Assembly: GCF_036321535.1 (NCBI RefSeq)
Contig: NC_087444.1
Coordinates: 44,764,001 to 44,828,000 of the forward strand
Direction of reading: 5' to 3'
DNA length: 64,000 nt
DNA from: Camelus dromedarius
Taxonomy: Eukaryota
Position 1 is the stretch's first letter, and every line of letters begins with the position of its first letter. Shown one piece after another: positions 36,411 through 54,138 of this stretch. The notes under the pieces are model-generated. The model was given only the letters and a program-made list of their open reading frames with translations, was not told where the DNA came from and made no database searches. A program made the position numbers and the translations under genes.

Positions 36411-39400
36411 ATTTAATTTTTTTAAAATGAGCACAAGATATTGACAGGCATTTCTCAAGGGAAAAAGAAAACATATATGTCAATAAACATATGAAGAGAT
36501 ATTCCATAGCACTGATGTTTGAGAAAATGCAAACTAAGGTCACAATGAGATACCATTTTGCATCCATTTGAGTGGCAGAACTTTAAAAGTCCATCGATCC
36601 AAGAGAGGAGGTGTGTCCACAGGTTCTATGACGGCTCTGTGGGCTCTCGTGAGGGGTTTGGCTTTCACAGGGAATAAGATGGAGACCAGGGCAGGGTTTT
36701 GAGCAGAAGATTCTTCTGGCTGCTGGGCTGAGCATAGGCTCAGGGGAGCAAAGGCAGACGTAGGGAGATGAGGAAGGAAACTAAGACGAGAGGGCAGATG
36801 GTGGCTTGGCCCAGCCTGGCAGCAGTGCAGGTGGCAGGAAGTGGTGGCATCTGCTTGATGCTACATTGCCTTTTGTCACCCTCTGTTGAATTCATCTGTG
36901 TTCTTGACTCGCCCCATACCCATACTATGGACAAAGGGCCCCTGGAGGGTGAAGACTTTCTTAGTCATCATTACTAACCAGTGCTTGTAAGAGGCCCACA
37001 CAGTGGAAATACCCAGAAATGCATGATCAGCCCCAGCCACATTGCTTCCTTGCCTCTTAACCCTTCATGGCTCCCCGTTATCTGGGAAATGATCAAATAA
37101 GGCTTTTTTCCCCATCTGCAAGCCTTTTCTTATGCTGTTGAGGTGGGCGTGCTGTAAGGAGAGTCAGGGATGCCAAGGGCCCTGCACACTTGCTCTTTTG
37201 GGGAACTTTCCCTCTAGGGAAGATTGCCTTTGAGGCTTCTGCCTTGTTTGTTCATGAGAACCAGGGACCCAGAACCATGTGACCCTTAGGGCCATAAGAA
37301 CCTCATCTGACTGTACAAATTTTGAATCCCTGCCAGGAAAGTAATTTTCCCAAGCCTGAGAGTGGCAGGCCCTCAGGGAAGGAAACACCTACCTTCTCAG
37401 ATAAAACCTCACCCATGGGTGTGTCTCACAGGCCCAGGCAAGACAGAATGGGGCTCAGGATGGGAAGTGATGTCCAGGCTCCTGGTCTTATTCTGCCCTC
37501 AGAGCCGCAGGCCCTGGCATCTGGTGAGGCCAGGCTTGGGCACAGTGTGCGGTCCGGGGATGCCATGGAGGAAGCCCCCTTGCCCCATCAACATCTGCTC
37601 CACACTCCCTGGTTACAAGCAGTAGAATGAAGCTGAGTCATTTGCTGGATGGTAAGAGATGAGGGACCACGAGACCAGGCTGGGAAAAAGGGCTGGAGCG
37701 AGGAAATGCCATAGGATTGGGATGCGGGATCCACAGGCCTGGTCTCCGGGGCCCAAAGGGTCTAGTCAGTGCATATGCCTGTGACAGATGTCCTTGGAAC
37801 TCATTTTAGCCCATGTTCGAGTTCCAGGAAATGCCTGATTGGCTGAGGCTCCCTGGAGAGCAAGGGTCTGGACCTCTAGGTTTTTAACTGGACCCCTGGA
37901 GTTCCCTCCCTCCAAGTCTTCATGCAATGGAAGCAGAGGGAGTTCCCCAAAAGGAAGTTGGGGGATGGATGCTGGACAGCTAAGTTGATCAATGACCATC
38001 ACAAGCTTGAATCCACCCCCAGAGTCACTTCTCTGAGCAAAGCATTTCCCTTTCTGAAGGATCACATGATGCTGGCAAAGCTTCCCAGCTGGGGTGACCC
38101 AAGGTCACTGAACTGAGGTTCTGGCTTAAGCCTTGCTCTGGGTGTATAGGGGTGCAGGGGTGCTGGGGAGGTGTCTTGGAGACAGAGCTGAGTCTAGGCA
38201 GCCTGCATATGGCTGTACCCCTACCCCCAGTGATGGCTGTGCTCCCCACCCCCAGTCATGACAATGATGTATCAGGCAGGCTAGGGTGGCTGGTGATGGG
38301 GCTTATATCCCCAGCTTTCCAAGGCAACCTCTGGAATTTCCAACGGGCTAGTCCATTGAGTCCTTACGTATCACCCAAGCCTCGATGACAACACTGTCTG
38401 CCTCATCCTGCCTCTGCCTCCTCCCTTGAGTGCTCAAAAATTAGTCTGTCCAGTCAGAGGCAGAGGCTCAGAGGAGGAATCTCTGACCCCTGAGAAGTCT
38501 CTACTGCTGGCCTTGAGGCCAACCTTTACAACATACCCCAACTTCTCTGCTTCCCGCTAAATAGAAGCGTCGGCAGAGGGAGGGAGAAAGGCCACCATGG
38601 AGGAGGGAAGGGGCCAGAAAGGGGCTGGGTGTGGTGGTAGGATACGGGGGCCAGGGAACTGGGAACTTTGCTGGAGTCTTAGCTTGGCCCAGGGCAGGAG
38701 GTGGATGTGGGCCTTCAGCCACCCAGGAGTGCCTCAGAGATCACTCTGAATACCCAGCAGGTATTGTGATGCCATGGGTGGGGCCAGGTGAGTGTGCTGT
38801 GGGGACACACAGGTGTGCAGTTCAGCTTCTCCTCCCACCCGCCACCCCTCAGGGGCTCTGAGTAGACTTGCTGGCCACACCTGCAGAAATGCCTGCAGTG
38901 TCCCTCCTCCCCAATCCAAAGCCTCCACCGTCATCCCTGACCCCCTCCCTCCCTCCAACCCTTTGAACTGAATTCATCCTTGGATTAGTTACATTCTTCC
39001 AGATTGCAAGGAAGAGATGCATGTGGCCTTCGTTGATAGAGGCACACCCTGTCTGTGGGTGCGCTATGTGCCTTCCAGATCCGCTCTCCACCCTCCCCTA
39101 ATAAGCCAGGGAGTGGCTGGGAGCTGTATCTGAATCCAACAGTATCTGGCTGGGTTCAGCCAATGGGCACATTGGCGGGAGATGGCAGAAGGAGGACAGG
39201 AGGTCACAGAATGCGTTTTCCAGGCTCCCTTCTTGCAAGGTTGAATGCCAGCCTAGCTGAAGTTTACAGCTCCCATTGGAGTGTCCTCTTCTACAGCCAC
39301 AACTGGTCTCGGTCCAGTGACAGCCCCTTCCCTTCACCTTCCAGGCCTAAGCCTGACAATGGCTCCACTGCTACAAGCCTGGCAGTCTTCCCATTTCTTG

Positions 39401-39659
39401 CTCATTTCTCTTAATCCTTCCAACTCCTTTGTGGGAAAAAAAAAATCTTGAGGTGATAAACAAATGCTCCCTGAATTCAACAGGCACTCGAATAAGACCT
39501 CCTCCAGTGAAAGGACTGGATCTTATTTATACATTACCTTCCCCCTCAGTGCCCAGCACACTGATTCACATACAGCAGGAACCTAATAAGAGCTCACTGA
39601 ATCAAGTGGAGAGCATTTATGGATCATCTACTGATTGTCAGACACCCGCCTGACTCAGA

Positions 39660-39880
39660 AGGAAGTAACACTTATTGAGCCCTAGTTATGTGCCAGGGAC
39701 CATGTTGGACCCAGTAAACCTCACAGCAACCCTGAGGAGTGGGTACATCATTGTCCCCACGTTACAAATGAGATCTGTGATGCAAAGATGGGCCACAAAA
39801 CTTGCCTAAGTAGTGGAGCTATGCTTCTAGCCGGGCAGTCTGGCTCCAGAGCTGATGCATTTAACTGCTTTACCAGGTAA
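39660..39880 (-). mobile_element. MIR SINE
   Basis: acttattgagccctagttatgtgccaggg..cctcacagcaaccctgaggagtgggtacatcattgtccccacgttacaaatgag. Confidence 0.65.
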
Positions 39881-40683
39881 ACAAGGTCATGACTTCTGGA
39901 ATAAAACAAAGCATTCTTATGTTGTCATATCAAATTTTTACAAAATGATTATACATGCATCTATCCCACAAACGTCCATAATGGTCATGACTGGCCCGCC
40001 CCTCAGGGAGACGCCACTTCAGACATGACTTGGAAAATAAAAAAGCTGCCAGATGGATGGTGTGTTTATCAGGCCCAGTGAAAACATGGTGTACTCTTCC
40101 CCAGAGAGGTTTGGCAGCCGTGTCTCCAAAGCAGAATTATGAAAGAACAACCACTGGACACATTTGTGACTTTGGCACCAGGACTTCCAGACTGAACAGG
40201 GCAGTGCCACACTGCACCTCTGCCCAGGCCCCACGAGGTCCGTGCTGGGCTCTCTTACCAGGAAACAGTGGCCAGGACATCAGCCCGTGTGACACCCAGG
40301 TAGTTTCCGTAGCTGGAGCCCACAGAGAGGCTGCAACCACCCTCTCAGCCTGGTTTCTTCTCTCCGAAGACACTTGCCACATCCTGCAGGGTGAGGCCTG
40401 CCCGCCTCTCCCTCCACAGACAGACAGGAACCGGGTATCTCCAGGTTCCCTAGGCCCCCAGTACAGGCAGCCACATGTTGGGGCAGTTGGCTCCAAATAC
40501 CAACTGGGATGGAAATGTTTCCTGGCAGAGGCTCAGTGCATTTCACTAAATGATTCCGTGTGACCACGTCAGGGGATTGTAACCTCAGGTACTTGTGAAA
40601 AAATGAGTTCCCCCCACTCATCATGGGCCTAAGAAATCAGATTGGGGGCTGGGAAGGGGGCAGTGGGCCAGTGGCTTGGGACA

Positions 40684-40910
40684 TTTTTTTTTAATTGAAG
40701 TATAGTTGATTTTTAATGTATTAGTTTGAAGTGTACAGCAAAGTGATTCAGTTATACATACATATATGTATTTTCAGATTCTTTTCCATTATAGGTTATT
40801 ACAAGATATTGAATATAGTCCCCTGTGCTATAGAGTAGGTCCCTGTGTTTATTTTATATATAATAGTGTGTATCTGTTAATCCCAAACTCCACGTTTATC
40901 CCCCTGCCCC
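40684..40910 (-). mobile_element. L1 extreme 3' end (cetartiodactyl type)
   Basis: ttttaattgaagtatagttgatt..gtgtacagcaaagtgattcagttatacatac..ttattacaagatattgaatatagtcccctgtgctata. Confidence 0.8.
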
Positions 40911-41568
40911 AGGGACACTCTAAGTGACTCAGCTCAGCAGTTGAGGAGGGAGTCATTCAGAGGAATGGGTCTCTGCTCTCCCCTCCCCACAGTGACCTTG
41001 GACTACTCCCCTCCCATGCTGTCCCTGACACAATGGCCTTTTGTCTCTTTCCTGAACACACCAAGCTCTTCTTAGCTCCAGGGCCAGTGCTCCAGCCCTC
41101 CCCTCCGGCAGGACTGCAGCTCTCAGATCTCAGCACAGAGGTCTCCTCACTCAGGCTCACCCCTCAGTATTCTCCGTCACAGCCCTTTTGTTTGTTCTAT
41201 TCAGTCACTGTCTATAATTCTGTCTGTAATTACAGAAGTCTGTACACTTGCTGTTATGTCACCACTGAGAACCCAATGTCTGAGCATACATTAGGCACAT
41301 CATTGGTGGCATTGAGTGAGTATAGGCAGTGACACAGATACACAAGAAAGGGCCAGAACCAGTTAACCCTCTAGAAGGTAGGAGAGGAAACACTTTGCCA
41401 TAGTTCAAAACTCAGAGCTGAGCCCTGGCCAGATGGCAGGATGCCTTGACCCCACCCGCCTTCCACTGCCCATTCTTCCTGACATTGCCCAGTGCAGGCT
41501 CCCCTATAACCCAAGTCCCGAGTTCCCAACACATTGTGAGGCGTTTGAAGCCAGAGAGTCTAGGTAAC

Positions 41569-41574
41569 TTTATT
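41569..41574 (-). terminator. MT-A polyadenylation signal AATAAA
   Basis: tttatt on plus, about 120 nt after the stop codon. Confidence 0.8.
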
Positions 41575-41693
41575 GTCATTCAAAGATTTCATAGAAAAAG
41601 GGAATGTAGCATCAGGTCAGGTTGTATGAAAAATAATAAGTGCAGGCTTGTCCACGTTGCTCTATTTACATCTGGGACAGGGTCTCCCCGACA

Positions 41694-43149
<1,456 letters not shown>

Positions 43150-43244
43150 TTGGAGCCGAGGTGAGGCAGGAGGTCCAAAGAGAGTCGCGACGATCTACTT
43201 GTCTAGCAGGAGGCGTGTTGGAGCCCGGGAGCGCGCGTGTTATG

Positions 43245-43398
43245 TTTATACCCGGAGAAGGCGGCCCGGGCGCAGAGGCCCCGCCCCCGCCTTGCACCCG
43301 CCCCGCCGATCCGCGCCGCCCGCAGCGCCGGGCCGGGCTGTGAGCAACAAGCGGGCCGAGAGCATGATTCCAGGAACCCGGCTGGTCTCCGTGCGCAC
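43245..43398 (-). promoter_or_regulatory. MT-A proximal promoter
   Basis: TATAAA 43245-43250; MRE cores (TGCRCNC) at 43268-43274, 43293-43299 and 43391-43398; GC box; STAT-type TTCCAGGAA 43368-43376; CpG-rich. Confidence 0.85.
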
Positions 43399-46300
43399 CG
43401 CGGGGGGCCTCCCCCTTGGCGCCCGCCAGCGCGGGGGGACTTTGTGCCGGGCGGCACGCAACGACCCGGCCTCCCTGCCCGCCTCTTCCCAGTTTTCCAC
43501 ACCGTCCGCAGCCACCCGGAAACCAGCACGCGTGTCCTCACCGACTTCCCCACCCCCGGCCCCTGAAACTCTGCCCTAAGTTTCGCCCTTTCCCGGAGCC
43601 CGTGTTCAACCCAGCCTCGCGCTCACGTCCCAGTCTTGGCCCCCCTTCCCCCAGGATGCCTGTCCTAGTCCCCAGGATGGTCTTTAGTCAGCGCTTCTCT
43701 AACGGTCCTCCTGTAACAGCAACGCGGCGAACACAGCCTCTGCCTCCCTTCCTTCCTTTCTCCACGGCTGAATGGATGGATGGGCACATTTGACTGGGTG
43801 CTCCTTTGTCTAAACTTTTCAGAATATTCCTCAGCCTAGCTGGTCACCCTACTCCAGGACCGAGGTTCCCAAAGCATACAATGCCCCTAGGGAAGGGATC
43901 ATTTTAGGAGAAAGGCAGCCCTGGCATTAAACAACAAAGCAAGACAGGTGGCTATTTCCCTTTCTGTATTCCTGACAATTTAAATACCATGGAGTCTGTG
44001 CCAAGCCTTGCTTAACCACTTATGTTCCTTAAATTCTAACAGCAACCCTAAAAGGAAATACTGCTTAGGAGCCCGTTTCCAAAAGGCAATGCTACTTAGA
44101 GTAGAAGGCAGCTGCTAACCCAGGGTCCCAGTGGTGGGGGTGATGCCCTGGACCTGATTCTGGTCACTTCCCCAAGGGAAAGAGAGAGTCAGTGACAACG
44201 TGTCCCTTTGGCCCAGAGGCATGTCTTCAGCACCTCTCTACTGCATTAGCTTAATCCTGGCAGTGACAAAAGTGGTAGAAAAGGAAAGTATATGTTTTTG
44301 TGGCTACCATCTATGTCTAGAAACTAATTCTCATATTAAGTAGTGGTAAAGAGTGCTTTTCATATAAATAAATTTACACACACATACACAATGTTAAATA
44401 AAATCCTGGTGCAGGTGAGAGCAGAAGTGGCAGGCATCCTCCTGCATCTGTTTCAGGGACATCCACTGTCTTGACCTTGGTTTTATATCCCTAGTGCCAA
44501 TTCCTCTTTTATGGGAAAGAGGATAACCCTCTCTGGGCAACAGTGCAAGCTCACATGGTTGTTCAGGGATCACCGGAAACAAAGTCATACACACCAGCTC
44601 TGGCTTATTTGTCTGGAAGGAGGAAAATATCTCCTATGAAATGAGAGATAATAATAAAATAAGATCTAATGTTACAGGTTAATCACCATGTGCCAGGCTT
44701 TGTTCTAAGGTTGCTGCATGTATTAAATTCTTAAATAGCCAGATGCTGTTATTTTGCACTCTTACAGCAGAGGTGACTGAGCCATAGAGAGGTTATGTCA
44801 CCTGGCTATAAGTGACACAGGTGGGACTTGCACTCATGCAGGCCGACTTCAGCTTCATGGCCTCACCCACCACCATCACCATGACATCACACAAAAGATG
44901 AGGACACGACACCTGGCAGAGTCAACCATGGAAAAGCACTGAGCAGGCAGTAAGATCCCTCTGCACAGCTCTGTGACCTCTCTGGGCTTCAGACTCCCGT
45001 CTCTCCAGCCAGGAGCACAACTGGACTGTCTCAAAGGACCCTTCCAGCTTTGAATAAGGAGAGGCAGGATTCAGCATTCAGTGACATCATAATAGCATCC
45101 TATGGCCAGGAGGTGAGTCAACTGTGGTGTAGGTTCAGATCTCTGACTATGAGCTGTGTGACCATGGGCAGGTTGCTTACCCTCTCTGGAATTGGCACAA
45201 TCACTCCAGTCCCTGCATGTTCACTCTCTCACTGGCTCCTGGCAGATTGAATGACACCAAGGTGGGGAAAGTCTTCTGTGTCTGTCCAAATGATGTGGCA
45301 GCATCTGTCCCAAAGGGCTTATGCAGGTCATCCACACTTCCCTTGACACCAGAAGGCAAGGTTCCAATGTCATCTCTAATTTCCACTCAGTAATGCTTAC
45401 AAATCAATGAGCCTTTCTCCAGGAGCTTCTTGGGGCTAAAAGGCTTCTCTGTGCACAAATGTCAGTGTGGATATAGTGATCATAATGGCCACTGTTCAGG
45501 AAGCCTAGATAGGACCAGACCATTATCTCACTTAATCCCCACATTGAAATATAATCCCTTTTATAGTAATGAGGAAGTGGAAACTCAGAGGTTATCAGTG
45601 ACTTGCCCAGGTCAGGAAGTGGCAAGGAGGCTGTGAACATGGATGCCTGACACCAAAACCAATGCACCCAGCACAAGCTGGCTCCTGAAAGCCCCTCTTC
45701 ACACAGGGCACCTGTGGGCAATCTTGGGCCTGACTTCTGAGCCACAGGCCTCCTCTTTCTCTTTGACTGAACATCAAATAGCAATTCCCTCCACAGTCAG
45801 GGGACTAACACTTTGTGTATATTACTATTCACTCAGCACACACTCCTTCCCAATAAACACCACCACGCCCTGCAAACTGCAGAGTAACATCCCCCCGCAG
45901 AGGAAGACATGAAGTCCTTCATCCTGAACCAAGTCTCAGATACACTGCCTCTTGCTGGGAAATTCCCTCCAAATCCAATGCCTTGGCTGGTTTCAAGAGC
46001 CAAAGGCTGGATTTTGAGGGAAGGGCAGATTTCAGCCTAACCTAGGGAGGAACTTCCAAAGATTCAGAGCCAAGTCACCACAGGGAGCTGTGAGGAGTGG
46101 TAGCTGTCTTGTCAGTGGCACTGGGCAAGCCAAGATCGATGTTCCCTGTGGGGATGCTGGGGACAGAGTGTATGTGATCCACACAGTGGGGCATTTGTGA
46201 GGTGTTTCCAGGACTCCTGCACGCCTTCAACGAATATATGTGCAGCATATAAAAGCCTCTAATTTAAAAAATTTGTTCTTCACATATTTATGTGATTATG

Positions 46301-46851
46301 TGTTTGGAAATGAAAAATGAATTTTAGATATTGTGTCCTTTAACAGTTTTTTTCTTAGCAATTCTTTTTATTCATTTAAATTTGAAACTGTCCTAGAAAA
46401 GAAAAATAGGACTCTCTATAATGTTTTAGAAGCAAGCTCTGTACAGAAATCAACCAAGTGGGGAGTTGGATTCCATCCCCTCTGGGTACTTTTGAAGGCT
46501 CATATCACTGTGGACTGAGTATGGCAGGGTCCCCTAGAGAATGAAAATGAGAAGTTGAGAAGTTTCTGTGACATCAATACTCATAATGAGAATAGAGGGG
46601 AACCTGTGTATGTACGATGCCCTATGTCCTCTGGTCAATACTTTCATTTTGAGCTGAGAACCTGAAGCTCAGAGAGGTAACCTGACCTACTTAACCCACT
46701 CAGTGTATGGGGGCTAATATTTGCTTCAGAACCCAGGTCTCTGCACTTCTAGTCTTAATTTCCCACCCGAGACCTGGTGGGCATGAAGTCATAAAGTCTC
46801 TTATTTCCAAATAAAATAAAGAAAAATAAAGCCAGAATAAAGCTAACAACT

Positions 46852-46857
46852 TTTATT
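46852..46857 (-). terminator. MT-B polyadenylation signal AATAAA
   Basis: tttatt on plus, followed on the minus strand by a U-rich downstream element. Confidence 0.8.
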
Positions 46858-46975
46858 ATAATTCACATATTTCACAGAGAAAGAAATGTAGCATTAGGTC
46901 AGGTTGTATGAAAAATAATAAATGCAGACTTGTCCATGTTGCTCTGTCTACATGTGGGGCAACGTCTCCCCGACT

Positions 46976-48410
<1,435 letters not shown>

Positions 48411-48508
48411 CTGGAGGCGAGGTGAGACTGGAGGTCCAAAGGAACGGGCGATGCAGAGGCACTTGTCTGATGGGAGGCGTGTTGGAGCCCATGAGCCAGC
48501 GTGTTCTG

Positions 48509-48952
48509 ATTATACCCAGAGGAGGCGGCCCGAGTGCAGAGGCCCCGCCCCTGCCTTGCACGCGCCCCGCGGATCAGCGCGGCCCGCAGCGCCCGGGGCC
48601 GGGCTGTGAGCAAACACGCGGGGCCGGCCGGCCGAGCGCAGGACTCCAGGAAGGCGTCGGGGCTCCGTGCGCACCGCGGGAACCGCCCCCTTGGCGACCG
48701 CCAGCGCGGTGGACCGGGGGGGGGGGGGGGGGGCGGTACTTTGTGTGCCGGGCGGCAAGCAGTGGCTCAACCTCCCTACCCTCCTCCTTCTACTTTTCCA
48801 GGTGGTTTTTCCGGAACCCAGCCCCTGTATCCAGGCTGTCTTCCCCACCCCGCTCCTTCACACCGCTATTCTCGCCCTTTCCGGGAGCCCGTGTGCAACC
48901 CCATCCTCTAGCTCAGGTCCCAGGCTTGGCGGGAGCCTGGGAGCTGTGTGCA
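48509..48952 (-). promoter_or_regulatory. MT-B promoter
   Basis: Variant TATA (TATAAT) 48509-48514; MRE cores at 48532, 48557, 48634, 48667, 48891 and 48946; G18 run at 48716-48733. Confidence 0.85.
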
Positions 48953-51371
48953 GAGACCGCCCTCCCCGACCCCAGGATTGCATGTCCCGTCCCCAGCATA
49001 GTCTTTAGTCAGCGTTTCTCTATCGTTTCTTGTGTAACAGCCACGCAGCGAACTTAAGCCTCTGCCTCCCATCCTTCCTTCCATTCTCCAGGACTGAATG
49101 GTTAGATAAGCACATTTTACCAGGCTCCTTTGCCTAAACTTTCCAGGGGCTTTCCTCAGCCTGACGGGTCCACCCCACTTCAGGATGGAGGTTCCCAAAG
49201 TATGGATGCCCCCCAGGGAAGCGATCATTGTAGGTGATGAGCAGAACTGGCATTCAGTAACAAAGAAAAAAAAAGCGGATATTTCCCTTACAGTATTCCT
49301 GCAGTCTCTGCCAAGCCTTGCTCAATCAATTTTGCTCTTTGAATTCTAACAGCAACTCTAAAGGGAAATAGTAGTTAGAAGCCCATTTACCTGAGGCTAA
49401 ACTAAATAGAGCAGGAGGCTACTAACCCAGGGTCCCAGTTCTGAAAAGTGATGTCCTGGATCTGATTTCTGTCACCTCCCAAGAGAAAAAGAGCCTCTGG
49501 CCCAGAGGTGTGGCCTCAGCACCTCTCTACTGCTTTGCACTCAATCCTGGCAGTGACAGAAGTGTTAGAAAAGGAAAATAATTATTTTTTTGTGGCTACT
49601 ATCTATGTCTAGAAGTAAACTGATTCTCATATTCAGTAGTGGTAAAGAGGTTGCTTTTCATATAAATAATTTGGGGATAATACACACACAACATACATAC
49701 AATATTAAGTAAGTAAAATTCTGGCGCAGGTGAGGGCAGAAAAGCCATGCATCTTCCTGCATCTGTTTGGAGGACGTGGACTGCCTTGATGGTGGCTTTA
49801 TATCCCTAGTGCCAATTCCTCTTTTGTGAGGAGGAGGATAACCCTGTCTGGGCAATGGTACATGCTCACGTGACTGGTGAAGACAACACGGAACACTCAG
49901 CCATGCACATCAGCCCTGGCTTACTTGTCTGGAAGTTGAAAAATGTCTTCTCTGCTATTAAGGATATTAATAAAGTAATAACTGACATAGATTACATGCT
50001 CTGTGCCTGGCTTCATTCTAGGTACTTTATATTTATTAAATTCCTTACTCCTACAAGCCAGACAATATTATTTTGCCCTTTTACAGCAGGACAGTCTGAG
50101 CCAGAGAGGGTATGTCATGTGACTATAAGTGACCCAGGTGGGACTTGCACTCATGCAGGCTGACTGCAGCTTCATGGCCTCACCCACCACCGGGCACCAT
50201 GACATCACACAAAAGATGAGGACACTGAACACCTGGCACAGAGGTAGCCATGGAAAAGCACTGAGCAGGCAGTGAGATCCCTCTGCACAGCTCTGTGACC
50301 TCTCTGGGCTTCAGATCCCCATCTCTCCAGCCAGGAGCACAATTTGACTGTCTCAAAGGACCCTCCCAGATTTGAATAAGGAAAAGCAGGATCCAGCATC
50401 CAGGGACATCATCAGCCACTTTTGGCAAGTGAGTCAGCTATAGCAGAGGTTCAGATCTCTGACAATGAGATTTGGGTGGGGTGCTTAACGTCTCTGAAAC
50501 GATGCAAAAGCACCTAAGCCACTGCACATTCACTCATTTACTGGTTCCTATGCAGTTCAAATGACACGAAGGGTAGGAAAGGCTTTTGTTTCTGTCCAAA
50601 TTATGTGGCAGCATCTTGTCCCAGTGGCTTATTGGAGGTCAACCACATACACCCTGGCACTTGATCACAGCAAGGTGAGATCATTTCTAGCCTCAGCCCA
50701 GAGTAATGCTTCCAATGCAATGGAGCTTTTTCCTGGAACTTTATGGAAGATAAAAATGTTCTGTCCCCACGAATGTTGGTAGATATAATCATCAAAATGA
50801 CCACTGTTTATAAACCCTAGCTAGGAGCCGGACAGCATCTCATGTAATCTGCCACATTGAAATATAATCTACTTTATACAAATGAGGAAATGGAGGCTAA
50901 GAAATTATCATGAATCTGCCCAGGTCACAAGGCCAGGAATTGACAAGGTGGCTGTGAACCAGGATGCCTGACACCAAAACCCATGCACTCAGCACAGGCT
51001 GGCTCCTGAAAAACCCTTCTTTACACAAGGCATTTGCAGGCAAGTGTGCACAGAACTCCTGGGCCACGTGATGACTCTTTCTTCTTGATTGAATACCAAA
51101 TAGCAATTCCCTCCAAAAATAGCCAGGGAGAGAAACCATTTTAATATATTCCAAGTCACTGAATGCCTCACTCCTTCCTAATAAAGATCACCACACCCTC
51201 CAAATAGCAGAATAGCCATCGCCCTGCACGGGCAGATACAGTAATCTGTCTGGCATCAATTCTCATGTATACTTTCTCTTGCTGGGAGGTGACTGGCCTA
51301 TTCCCTCTAAATCCCTAGAACTTTTCTGGTTTCATGCAAAGCAAAACAGAGCCAGAATAAAATCAACAACG

Positions 51372-51377
51372 TTTATT
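51372..51377 (-). terminator. MT-C polyadenylation signal AATAAA
   Basis: tttatt on plus. Confidence 0.8.
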
Positions 51378-51496
51378 ACAATACATGTATTTCATAGAAA
51401 AAGGAATGCAGCATCAAGTCAAGTTGTATGAAAAAATTTAAAATGCAGGTTTGTCCATGCTGTTTTGTTTACATCTGGGGCCTGCTCTCCCCACCA

Positions 51497-52916
<1,420 letters not shown>

Positions 52917-53014
52917 TTGGAGCCGAGGTGAGGCAGGAGGTCCAAAGAAAGTGCAGAAGAAGATCTATTTGTCCGGTGGGAGGCGTGTTGGAGCCCAGGA
53001 GTCAGTGTGTTCAG

Positions 53015-53485
53015 TTTATACCCAGAGAGCACGGCCTGGGCGCAGAGGCCCCGGTCCGGGCGCAGAAGCCCCGCCCCCCGCCTTGCACCCGCTCCGCGGA
53101 TCCGCGCCGCCCGCAGCCACCGGGGCCGGGCTGAGAGCAACACGCAGGGCCGAGCTCAGGACTCCAGGAACTCGGCTGGTCTCCGTGCGCACCGCGGGGG
53201 CCTCCCCCTTGGCGCCCGCCAGCGCGGAGGGACTTTGTGTGCCGGGTGGAAAGCAGTGGCCCAGCCTCCCTGCCCACGCCTTCCCAATTTCTCCGCGATC
53301 TGCAGACACCGGGGTTCCTGGCTTTTCCGGGAAACCTGCCGGAGGCGTGTCCTCACCTTCTCCACCCCCCACCCCACCCCCGCCCCCGAAACTCTGCCCT
53401 AAGTTTCACCCTTTCCAGGAGTCCGTGTTCAACCCCAGCCTCGCCCTTAAGTGGCTGGCTTGGCGGAGCCCGGGAGTTGAGTGCA
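53015..53485 (-). promoter_or_regulatory. MT-C promoter
   Basis: TATAAA 53015-53020; MRE cores at 53038, 53058, 53084, 53185 and 53479; STAT-type TTCCGGGAA 53325-53333. Confidence 0.85.
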
Positions 53486-54138
53486 GAGACCTGTGGTGGA
53501 TGTGACCTTCACCCCAATACCCCTCTCTCCTCTTCCCTCAGCATTGCCTGTCCTGTTCCCATGATAGTCTTTAGCGTTTCTCCTGCAACAGCAACGCAGC
53601 GAGCGCAGACCTCTTCCTCCCTCCCTTCTTTCCATTCTCCATGGCTGAATGGATAGATGGGCACATTTGACTGGATGCTCCTTTGCTTAAACTTTCCAGA
53701 ATATTCCTCAGCCTAGCTGGTCCACTCCACTCCAGGCTGGAGGTTCCCTAATCATGAGATGCTCTTAGGGCATAAATCATTTTAAATGCTAGGCAGACCT
53801 GGCATTAAATAACAAAGCAAAACAAGAGGTTATTTCCCTTTCAGTATTCCTGACAATTACATACCATTGAGTCTGTGTCAAGCCTTGTTAATCACTTTTG
53901 CTTTTGAATTCTGAGGGCAATTCTAAAGGGAAATACTAATTAAGAGTCCCTTTCCCAAAGGCTGAACTACATCAGCACAAAAAGTTACTGACTCAGGGTC
54001 CCAGTATTGGGAAGTGGTGCCCTGGGTCTGATTCCTGTCACTTCCCAAGGGAAACAGTGAGAAAGCTTCCCTTTGGCCCATAGGTATGTCTTCAGCACCT
54101 CTCTACTGCCTTGCAGTCAATCCTGGCAAAAGTGATAA

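Noticed and set aside
37183-37189. Isolated MRE core TGCACAC far from any promoter
   Set aside because: A single 7-mer is expected many times by chance in 64 kb and has no clustering.
46805-46845. Plus-strand AATAAA cluster as the end of an antisense transcript
   Set aside because: Better explained as the U-rich downstream element of the MT-B polyA site read on the other strand.
48422-49057. Long GC-rich ORFs over MT promoters (also 52891-53505, 43139-43579, 62683-63147)
   Set aside because: Stop-poor CpG-island sequence. They are antisense to the MT genes and not conserved in frame among paralogs.
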